From a virus (lineage: Duplodnaviria; Caudoviricetes): DNA of 64,000 nucleotides. Positions 11,490 to 19,307 of the stretch are shown one piece after another. The DNA is taken from positions 27,734 to 91,733 of the IMG/VR virus record IMGVR_UViG_3300032319_000326; one strand, given 5' to 3'. A program made the translations under genes and the position numbers. Below the pieces are notes generated by a model. That model had not been told where the DNA came from. It saw only the letters and a list, made by a program, of their open reading frames with translations, and made no database searches. Position 1 is the stretch's first letter. Every line of letters starts with the position of its first letter.

Positions 11490-12611
11490 ATGATATTTAC
11501 TCCCTTTACTCAAGACGATGTAGTAGCCGGTAGAATTAACCAAGTGTCCTCAGGTATGTTTGGTACCGGTAGTTTGACTGTTGCACAATCTACATTCATA
11601 TCCGCCTCTGCCCAAGCCAACGTAGTAACAGGATCAGGTCCGTTTGACGTTAAAAACGGACAATATTACATAGACATGTATAGTGGTGGAGATCAATATT
11701 TCTCTGTAGCATACGGCGACTTTTATAATTCAGGCAGTAGTTATTTTGATTATTCAGGACAAAGTATAGCTAAAGTATTTACAAACGAAACTAAAGTTAT
11801 TTATACACAGTATAAGAACACGTTGTTACAACCAGGCGACACATATTTTAGCTTTGCGTCTAGTAGTGTGGACTCACCAACTGATAGTTCTGCAATTTTT
11901 GTGATTAATTATGTTGCTGATAAATTCCAAGATCAAATTGATCCAGGACAAATTCAAGTAAATTTTAGTGGATCCCGTGGCCAATATTCTTACATCGATG
12001 ATTCCCAAGTTGTAAATACACAACAAAATGTGTATAATTTGATTTCAGGATCAATTATCAATGGCGTACCAACTCCATTTACTAAAGGCAGCACAGTATC
12101 GGCTGTTTACGAGGGAATTGGTTTATTTTATCCGACAACAGGCATTGTTGTATTAAATGCAATCAAGTTGGATGCAAAGGTCGGTATTACACCTACGAGT
12201 CCTAGCGGCAGTCCACAAATTACATCTACACGACCATCTAACGCTACATCTACTCAGTTTAAAAATTATTGGAGAGATTGGATTCGTAAATTCTATAATT
12301 CTTTAAGAAAATCTACCCGTAATATGGCTGTAAGAAAAAGTGAGTTTGTACCTTCTACAAATTACTTCATACGAGTCAAAAATAAAGAATTTAACTATAG
12401 TAACAATCCAACGTTTGTTTCTGACGGTAGTGACGGTCAGACAAAGGGTACAATTATTTATCCACAGTTAATAAGTAATCCGCGCACTTATATTACTACG
12501 ATTGGTTTATATGACACCAACAATGAACTGTTGGCAGTAGGCAAACTAAGCAAACCTACACAGAAATCGTTTGATAACGAATTGTTGATTAAGTGTAGAA
12601 TTGATTTTTAA
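11490..12611 (+). CDS. Baseplate/tail structural protein
   Basis: C-terminal EFNYSNNP...YITTIGLYD.NNELLAVGKLSKP motif. Confidence 0.6.
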   Translation: MIFTPFTQDDVVAGRINQVSSGMFGTGSLTVAQSTFISASAQANVVTGSGPFDVKNGQYYIDMYSGGDQYFSVAYGDFYNSGSSYFDYSGQSIAKVFTNETKVIYTQYKNTLLQPGDTYFSFASSSVDSPTDSSAIFVINYVADKFQDQIDPGQIQVNFSGSRGQYSYIDDSQVVNTQQNVYNLISGSIINGVPTPFTKGSTVSAVYEGIGLFYPTTGIVVLNAIKLDAKVGITPTSPSGSPQITSTRPSNATSTQFKNYWRDWIRKFYNSLRKSTRNMAVRKSEFVPSTNYFIRVKNKEFNYSNNPTFVSDGSDGQTKGTIIYPQLISNPRTYITTIGLYDTNNELLAVGKLSKPTQKSFDNELLIKCRIDF

Positions 12612-12646
12612 TTTAAATAAGTTTAATTTTTCCTATTTATATTGGG

Positions 12647-13372
12647 ATGATTAAATTTCTTAAAAATCAAGATATACAGACTACTACATTTGCTGTAGCG
12701 AAGAAAAATGTCGCGAATAATATATTTAACGACCTTATTCTTGCTAGTGACGGAACGTATGATTTTCCATTAATTATTCCTATACAACAATGTGATTATA
12801 ACTATAACAGTTTACAAACAGGATCATTTGCTTCGTTAAATTATAACTGTGTCGGAAGTGTATATAATACAAATGGATTTTTAGCTAGCTCTCAATTTAC
12901 AGATCAAAACAATCCATCTTTTAGATTGGGTTTAAAAGTACCATCAAGTTCAGTTTTTTATCCTATAGGAGATCCAAACTACAATCAACTCGTTAATCCT
13001 ACGAACTTAGACGGTACATATCAAGGACAGGTTTATAATACGGTTAAAAATATGTATTATAATAATTACAATAATGCATATCAACAATTTGGATTTGATG
13101 GATATGATACTTCTTTAACCGAGTTAAACCTAGATGATAAGTTTATAAGTTACACACTTAATATTACTCAAAGTGGTGATAGAATTAGACCAAAAAGCGT
13201 TTTGATAAATAATCAAACCGGAGATATAGTTGCATACATAGTAGACGACGGAAATCATAACTTATATTTGTCAGGTTCATATTTTGTAAATGGGTTTGAA
13301 TTGAACACCAACAATACAGCATCAACTGTTAATTATTGTTATCAAGGAATTGGTAGATATCTGTGTAGTTGA
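12647..13372 (+). CDS. Hypothetical structural protein
   Basis: 241 aa. IRPKSV...DDGNHNLY motif; TATTTATA element at 12634. Confidence 0.55.
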   Translation: MIKFLKNQDIQTTTFAVAKKNVANNIFNDLILASDGTYDFPLIIPIQQCDYNYNSLQTGSFASLNYNCVGSVYNTNGFLASSQFTDQNNPSFRLGLKVPSSSVFYPIGDPNYNQLVNPTNLDGTYQGQVYNTVKNMYYNNYNNAYQQFGFDGYDTSLTELNLDDKFISYTLNITQSGDRIRPKSVLINNQTGDIVAYIVDDGNHNLYLSGSYFVNGFELNTNNTASTVNYCYQGIGRYLCS

Positions 13373-13438
13373 AAATATAAAAAATGTCGGTCAAATTTAA
13401 GTAGTTAATAATCACAGAAACAAATATTTATATACATA

Positions 13439-16078
13439 ATGTCTACTTTAGAAAACATATATAATCAGAACTATGGCACAGTCGTTTGTACCAATGGTGA
13501 TTATGTTGCTGTTGGAAATCCAGTCGATCAAAACTACGAAAATTGTCAAGGATATGGTAAAATTGGTCAGGTATTGCTTTATAGAAAAGATAATTACTTA
13601 AATCAGTATAAGCTTTCAAACATTATTACTAACAAGACATATAGTAATAATGGAACTTTGTTAACATATTATACTGAACAAAGTAGCAGTGCTGTATTTA
13701 CAGCTTCTTTTATTAAAGACGACGGTACTCTTAACAGTGTAGCTACAACTTGTAGTTATCTAGTTGTAGAATCGGATACTGAAGATATTTATCAATCAAA
13801 ATATGGATACTCACTTGATTTATCTACATATTTCTTGGCGGTGGGAGATTACGGATCGATTAATAGTTATTATTCAGGATTAACATCTTCAAAAGCATCT
13901 GTATCAGTATATGAAATTAATCCAAACTACACATATGACGTTACTTCCAGCGTCACAGCTGTGCAAACGTCTGATTATCAAAGTTTGGAGACATACGTAG
14001 TCAATGAAATTCCTATATGCGTAATTACAGGATCTTCAAACATTCAATTTGGTAAGAGTTTAATCATTTCAAATAATTATTTGGCAGTAGGTGCGCCGTT
14101 ATTTAACGGTGGACGAGGTGCTGTGTATATATACAAATACACGGATTCGGATTGTAGATATTCTCTTCAAAAAATATTAAGTTGTAGTGTTGGTTCTTAT
14201 CCATATCAATACGGATTTGGATTTTCTATTAGTATAGATAAGAAGAATGAGAACACATTGGTAATTGGTAGTAATCAATTATCACAATCAAATGTTTATT
14301 TGTATCAAACATCATCTACTGATTGGAAGTTAACACAAGTATTTTCTCAAAACACAAGTTCACAATATTATAAATTACAAGGAGCTACATTTGAATTATT
14401 TCCAAGCGGCAGCCAAATTAATACACGATTTGGATATTCGGTTTCGATGTATGATACCGTATTGGCAATCGGTTCTCCAAATGATTTGATATATTGGGAA
14501 TATTCCGGATCGAACGTATTACGACAACGTGGTAGTGTTTATGTTTATCAAAATCAACAATGTGCAGCTGATACAAACAGTGGATTTCAATTACTAACCA
14601 AATTATACGGAGATGACGTAACATTTAAAGATAATTTATTTGGTTATTCTGTATCTGTACATAACAAAAAGTTATTGATTGGGTCTCCAAAACCATATTT
14701 TCCATTTAGTTCACTCTTTGTTTCAAGTTCAATAAATTATTATGATTTAACATTCGATCAATATGATTTTGGTGAATCTACATATTGTGGTCAGAGTTTG
14801 TTGTATTATGTAACAGGATCTGTAATTAATCAGCTTACTACAGATCCAATTTCAAAAAGAAAAGAAATTGGCAAACCATTTAACTCGTTTGGTTATAGCG
14901 TTTCGGTTTCAGATCAAAATGTTGTAATCGGAGCTCCTATACCTCTTAATGATGATTTTTATTTGTCAGGAATACTAATTACAGAATCTGGTAGTAGAAG
15001 TAATTTAACTTATTTACTAACATCTTCATATCAAAGTGAAGATTGTAATACCACTTCAAGTTTTGTGTATCTTCAGATGGAAGATTGTATAAGTTGTGAT
15101 CCGAGTGGACCGATAAGCGGTGCTTTAAGTGGTGCTCTAAGCGGTGCTTGTAATAATATAATCGTATTTGTCGATGAACAGGGTGATACTGAATTTGCAG
15201 CAAATTCTATTTTTGGTAAAACGTACATATATAATTTAACGGATTTACAAAAAAATTATAATGTCGGAAATATATTTTATAATACCAACACATTAATCAT
15301 TAACAATTCCGGAAGTTTATTGAAGAATTTGACGTTAGATCCTACAAATGATAAAAATACATATTTGTACATGGAATATCAAAGTCAAATTTCTTTACAT
15401 GAAAAACAGTATATTTGTACTATAGAACCAGGCGAGTTCAATGTATCTACAAATCCTACATCGTTAACTGCTTCTTTATTCGATTATGGTGTAATTAATA
15501 CTAAGACATTTGATTTTGATAATCTAGATATTATTTTACGTTATATTAATTATAGAATCTCAATTGATGGATCTGAAAAATGGTGGAATAATTTTGTAGG
15601 AGGAAATATTGACGAATCAATATTTAATTTTTATAGTTCTTCGTATTTTAACTATGAAGAAAATCGATTAACGGAAGCCCTGAAAGTTAAATGTAGTTCA
15701 CTTGATTTTGACGTAAATGGAGACGGTATTGCTAACAGTCAAGATGGATCTGCAATTTGGAAGTATTTTATTCAAGATTTCACAATAAACAATTATCAGA
15801 ATTATACGAACCAACGATCAAATCGTAAAAATTATGATGATATGTTTAGTTTTTTAAATAAAAAGACAGGCAAATTTAGTACCTCTACAATAAAGACGGA
15901 TTTCTTTAGTTATAATTTAAGTTCCTCATATGATCCAACAGGATCGTATTTAGCACCTTATATAACTACCGTAGGTCTATATAGTGGTGCAGAATTGGTT
16001 GCTATAGCAAAGTTAGCCGCTCCAATTAAAAATACAGGCGAGATTCCTATTAATATTGTTATTAAATGGGACACTTAA
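13439..16078 (+). CDS. FG-GAP/beta-propeller repeat virion protein with dockerin-like EF-hand and C-terminal baseplate-attachment motif
   Basis: Repeated FGYSVS....L.IGAP/GSP and G.VY.Y, DVNGDG, and C-terminal YITTVGLY..ELVAIAKLAAP. Confidence 0.7.
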   Translation: MSTLENIYNQNYGTVVCTNGDYVAVGNPVDQNYENCQGYGKIGQVLLYRKDNYLNQYKLSNIITNKTYSNNGTLLTYYTEQSSSAVFTASFIKDDGTLNSVATTCSYLVVESDTEDIYQSKYGYSLDLSTYFLAVGDYGSINSYYSGLTSSKASVSVYEINPNYTYDVTSSVTAVQTSDYQSLETYVVNEIPICVITGSSNIQFGKSLIISNNYLAVGAPLFNGGRGAVYIYKYTDSDCRYSLQKILSCSVGSYPYQYGFGFSISIDKKNENTLVIGSNQLSQSNVYLYQTSSTDWKLTQVFSQNTSSQYYKLQGATFELFPSGSQINTRFGYSVSMYDTVLAIGSPNDLIYWEYSGSNVLRQRGSVYVYQNQQCAADTNSGFQLLTKLYGDDVTFKDNLFGYSVSVHNKKLLIGSPKPYFPFSSLFVSSSINYYDLTFDQYDFGESTYCGQSLLYYVTGSVINQLTTDPISKRKEIGKPFNSFGYSVSVSDQNVVIGAPIPLNDDFYLSGILITESGSRSNLTYLLTSSYQSEDCNTTSSFVYLQMEDCISCDPSGPISGALSGALSGACNNIIVFVDEQGDTEFAANSIFGKTYIYNLTDLQKNYNVGNIFYNTNTLIINNSGSLLKNLTLDPTNDKNTYLYMEYQSQISLHEKQYICTIEPGEFNVSTNPTSLTASLFDYGVINTKTFDFDNLDIILRYINYRISIDGSEKWWNNFVGGNIDESIFNFYSSSYFNYEENRLTEALKVKCSSLDFDVNGDGIANSQDGSAIWKYFIQDFTINNYQNYTNQRSNRKNYDDMFSFLNKKTGKFSTSTIKTDFFSYNLSSSYDPTGSYLAPYITTVGLYSGAELVAIAKLAAPIKNTGEIPINIVIKWDT

Positions 16079-16104
16079 TTATATTTATTATAAAATAGAC
16101 ATTT

Positions 16105-16599
16105 ATGGCAACAATCGCTTCAGATACTTCAAAAATCAACCGTACATCCTTAGCTAAGGGACTCGGAGATCTTTATCTTTCAAAGTCTCCAGCCGGAGGA
16201 GCTTTTTCGGCATATGATGCTGGTAATAACACAATGATTCAAGGTGTAAGTACACCATATGGATTTACTCAAAAATCAAGAGAATACACGGTTACCCCAG
16301 GGTTTAAAGTCGGTGCAACTACCGGTACAGAAAACTTTAATGGTAAGGCTCTGAACTACAGCGATAACACGAATAACGGTCCTGTATTAACTTCAGGTGT
16401 AAATAAGATTTCTACAAATTGGAATGGTCAAGCATCTTTGCAAGATGCTCTTTATACTAAAGACCCAGGATTTAGATTAAAAACTACGTTCGGATCTAGT
16501 CAATTCAAAGATATATCAGGTCAACGATCACTTGAACTTTCACGTTATGTTAAAGGGTTTAATAGTAACAAATATACTAACGGTTCATTCGGTCGGTAA
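16105..16599 (+). CDS. Hypothetical protein
   Basis: 164-aa ORF preceded by TATTTATT at 16082. Confidence 0.55.
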   Translation: MATIASDTSKINRTSLAKGLGDLYLSKSPAGGAFSAYDAGNNTMIQGVSTPYGFTQKSREYTVTPGFKVGATTGTENFNGKALNYSDNTNNGPVLTSGVNKISTNWNGQASLQDALYTKDPGFRLKTTFGSSQFKDISGQRSLELSRYVKGFNSNKYTNGSFGR

Positions 16600-16611
16600 T
16601 ATATATTGTAA

Positions 16612-16651
16612 ATGGTTATATTAGGATTAGATTCATCTACATCAGTAACAG
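16612..16651 (+). pseudogene. Orphaned original 5' end of the RuvC gene (MVILGLDSSTSVT)
   Basis: ATG GTT ATA TTA GGA TTA GAT TCA TCT ACA TCA GTA ACA encodes the RuvC first catalytic strand (ILGLD), then runs into AT-rich sequence. Confidence 0.75.
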
Positions 16652-16709
16652 TTATAGTTTTGTACAAAAATTTGTATTTTTTTGTATATAATATGATATT
16701 TATTATTAT

Positions 16710-16841
16710 ATGAAACAAAAAGATTTAAAAACAGTAAGAATTCCACTTGAAATTTATAATTTATTAAAATTACATTGTGACAAAAAAGGATATAAAATAT
16801 ATAAATTTTTATCTGAATTAATAACTCAAAACGTAAAATAA
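16710..16841 (+). CDS. Small ribbon-helix-helix-like DNA-binding protein (43 aa; below ORF-track cutoff)
   Basis: MKQKDLKTVRIPLEIYNLLKLHCDKKGYKIYKFLSELITQNVK has an RHH-like pattern. TATTTATT upstream. Confidence 0.6.
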   Translation: MKQKDLKTVRIPLEIYNLLKLHCDKKGYKIYKFLSELITQNVK

Positions 16842-16847
16842 ATTGTT

Positions 16848-16977
16848 ATGCACTGCGATTTTTATGTTTATTGTTTAATTGATCCTGATGATAACATTCC
16901 GTTCTATGTTAAGAATATATAGAGGTGATAGAAAAACCTATAAAGGATATAAAAAATATGAATGTATTGGGAATTGA
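16848..16977 (+). pseudogene. Internally deleted GIY-YIG homing endonuclease remnant
   Basis: MHCDFYVYCLIDPDDNIPFYV (GIY-YIG N-terminus) is joined out of frame to RGDRKTYKGY (NUMOD-type C-terminus), which overlaps the RuvC start. Confidence 0.65.
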
Positions 16978-17452
16978 TTTATCATCTAGAATTTGCGGAT
17001 ATGCTATTTCTGAAAATGGTAAAATTATAGATGCTGGATTTATTGATATTTCAAAATATGATGCTTATAAAGATAAGTCAAACGCAATTATTAATATATT
17101 AAAAAACAAATCATTTGATAAAATTCAAGTAGAGGAAACATTAGCTAATTTTTCTTTTGGAAGAACCAGTCAACAAACCATACTAAAACTAGCTATGAAT
17201 AAAGCAGTTATATGTTATATATTAGAAGAAGAATTTAAAATCAAAATATCATCTATAAATGTTAATACCATGCGAAAACAATTATTTGGTAAATGTAGAA
17301 TAAAAGGAATCAAATCAAAAGATTTTGTTAGACAAGAACTTGAATTGCTTATGCCTGATGTTATAAAGTTTACTACACAAAATAAAAAAGGAAATTGGGA
17401 CGAACGTAATGGTGATATGTACGACGCTATCGTTGCATCTCTTTTCAAATAA
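16958..17452 (+). CDS. ruvC: Holliday junction resolvase, RuvC family
   Basis: MNVLGIDLSS, VEE and DMYDAI acidic catalytic motifs. ATG 16958 preferred over GTG 16925. Confidence 0.85.
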   Translation: MNVLGIDLSSRICGYAISENGKIIDAGFIDISKYDAYKDKSNAIINILKNKSFDKIQVEETLANFSFGRTSQQTILKLAMNKAVICYILEEEFKIKISSINVNTMRKQLFGKCRIKGIKSKDFVRQELELLMPDVIKFTTQNKKGNWDERNGDMYDAIVASLFK

Positions 17453-17456
17453 ATTG

Positions 17457-17480
17457 CATTTTTATCGTACGATAAAAATG
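17457..17480. repeat. Perfect 24-bp palindrome
   Basis: CATTTTTATCGT|ACGATAAAAATG immediately after the ruvC stop. Confidence 0.9.
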
Positions 17481-17558
17481 AGAGAGAATTGCTCATTAAT
17501 ATTTGTTGTATGATAATGGATGTTCCCGGATTAAAGTGGAAAGAAAAAAATAAATGTC

Positions 17559-17587
17559 TTGATTTAATTTAATTCATCTGTTACTAT
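17559..17587 (+). promoter_or_regulatory. Sigma70-like promoter for the primase-sbcD-sbcC operon
   Basis: TTGATT-N17-TACTAT with extended -10 TG, 8 nt before the primase ATG. Confidence 0.55.
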
Positions 17588-17595
17588 AGAATGAG

Positions 17596-18516
17596 ATGAT
17601 TAATAGTTCGGTTATAGAAACACTTTCAAAGTTGTTTAAGCAAAAACCTCAAATCCAAAAAGGCGGAGTTGAGATATTAGTGTTTTGTCCGAATTGCAAT
17701 CACCATAAAAGAAAACTAAATATCAATACTACAACAGGTTTTTATCAATGTTGGATAGGATGTGGATTTAGCGGAAAAAGTTTTCATAGTCTTCTAAAAA
17801 AAGTAAAAGCGACCAGAGATTTTTATGAAATCCTATGTAAGGATAGACCGCGAGTTTTAGATAAAATTAAAAAAGATGAAGTAAGACTTGAACTTCCACA
17901 TGAATTTCATCCTCTATATAAATCTTCTTCTGATCCGGCATACAAACACGCATTAAATTATTGTTTGAAAAGAAATCTTAGTATACACGAAATCGTTCGT
18001 TATAATATTGGTTATTGTACAGAAGGTCCATTTGCAAATAAAGTTATTGTTCCGTCATACGATAAAGAAGGAAATTTAAATTTTTATTGTGGTCGAGATT
18101 TTTATGGAGGTAAGTTTAAATATCGACTGTGTGATGGTAGCAAAGATATAATCGGATTTGAATTATTTACGGATTTCAATCAACCAATTACAATCGTCGA
18201 AGGACCATTTGATGCTTTATCTGTTAAATATAATGTAGTTCCATTATTTGGTAAAACGTTATCAAAAAAGCTTAAGTTGAAGTTGACGGAAAATAAACCA
18301 CCAAGGGTTAATGTCCTACTGGATAATGATGCTCTAACATCGAGTCTGAAAATATGTGAATTTTTAGTTTCTAACAATGTAGAAACACACTTAATTTTAT
18401 TGGACGGTAAAGATCCAAGTGACATTGGTCACGAAAAAACTTGGCAAACCATCAGCTGTGGTGTTAGAATGGATGAAAGTGTATTATACAGATATAAATT
18501 AATAAATAAACTATGA
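17596..18516 (+). CDS. DNA primase (Zn finger + TOPRIM)
   Basis: CPNC...CWIGC Zn-binding, VEGPFDA and LDNDA TOPRIM motifs. Confidence 0.85.
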   Translation: MINSSVIETLSKLFKQKPQIQKGGVEILVFCPNCNHHKRKLNINTTTGFYQCWIGCGFSGKSFHSLLKKVKATRDFYEILCKDRPRVLDKIKKDEVRLELPHEFHPLYKSSSDPAYKHALNYCLKRNLSIHEIVRYNIGYCTEGPFANKVIVPSYDKEGNLNFYCGRDFYGGKFKYRLCDGSKDIIGFELFTDFNQPITIVEGPFDALSVKYNVVPLFGKTLSKKLKLKLTENKPPRVNVLLDNDALTSSLKICEFLVSNNVETHLILLDGKDPSDIGHEKTWQTISCGVRMDESVLYRYKLINKL

Positions 18517-19223
18517 TCGTATTAAAAAATACCGACGATAAAATCAATTGTGTGATGCATGTTGCGGATATTCACATTCGTTTGACAAAACGACACGATG
18601 AGTATACATCTGTATTTGAAAGATTTTATAATGCATTAGACAAAGCTAAGACTTTAAATGCAATCTTAGTTATTGCAGGCGATGTTTTTCACAATAAATC
18701 CGATTTGAGTCCCGAGTGCGTTAAAATCGGAAGTGATTTTCTAAGAAATTGCGCAGATCGTGTGCCTGTAATTCTAACCGCTGGCAATCACGATGCTACA
18801 TTAGCAAATAAATCTAGACTTGACTGTTTAACCCCAATTGTACAAGCACTAAATCACCCTAATTTGTATTATCTCAAAAATACAGAGGTATTTCGCTTTG
18901 AAAATATATTGTTTAATAATTTCAGTGTATTTGATGATCCAGATAAGTACATAAGATACGAGGATATTCCGTCTAAATACCGTGTAGAGACGGATCATCA
19001 CATTGCATTATTCCATGGGCCAGTAAACAATGCTGTTACCGATGTAGGATATACTGTAAGCAATCGTGCTATTACAAATGAACTATTTGATGGCCATCAC
19101 ATTGCTATGTTGGGTGACATTCACAAACATCAAGTAATTCCAAATCCCGAAATAGTTGTATCTGAAGAGGAATTGATGAAATTAGACTTAAATGAATGGG
19201 AAATTGTGGAAGAAATTCCATAG
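18513..19223 (+). CDS. sbcD: Mre11/SbcD (T4 gp47-like) nuclease, N-terminal fragment
   Basis: DIH, GDVFH, GNHD, FHG and GDIH metallophosphoesterase motifs. The final motif is missing and is found in the next ORF. Confidence 0.85.
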   Translation: MIVLKNTDDKINCVMHVADIHIRLTKRHDEYTSVFERFYNALDKAKTLNAILVIAGDVFHNKSDLSPECVKIGSDFLRNCADRVPVILTAGNHDATLANKSRLDCLTPIVQALNHPNLYYLKNTEVFRFENILFNNFSVFDDPDKYIRYEDIPSKYRVETDHHIALFHGPVNNAVTDVGYTVSNRAITNELFDGHHIAMLGDIHKHQVIPNPEIVVSEEELMKLDLNEWEIVEEIP

Positions 19224-19307
19224 TTTTGTACAGAATTATGGAAAAGAGAGATAAAAAAATCCGATTTTGAAGTTGAGTTTTTAAAACATTTAGGCGATAA
19301 AATATGA
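19220..19307 (+). pseudogene. Remnant of a deleted endonuclease cassette between the two SbcD halves
   Basis: Begins with ATAGTTTTGTACA (also at 16654). Residual frame ELWKREIKKSDFEVEFLKHLGDKI* resembles a Vsr/DUF559-type C-terminus and overlaps the next start (ATGA). Confidence 0.5.

Noticed and set aside
19224-19303. Group I intron or split intein joining the SbcD halves
   Set aside because: Only 80 bp, no recognisable intron core, and no Cys/Ser start or His-Asn end.
19221-19307. TAG read-through or stop-codon reassignment (open frame continues after the sbcD TAG)
   Set aside because: Long genes are intact in the standard code, and read-through would still end at TGA 19305 in a different frame from sbcC.
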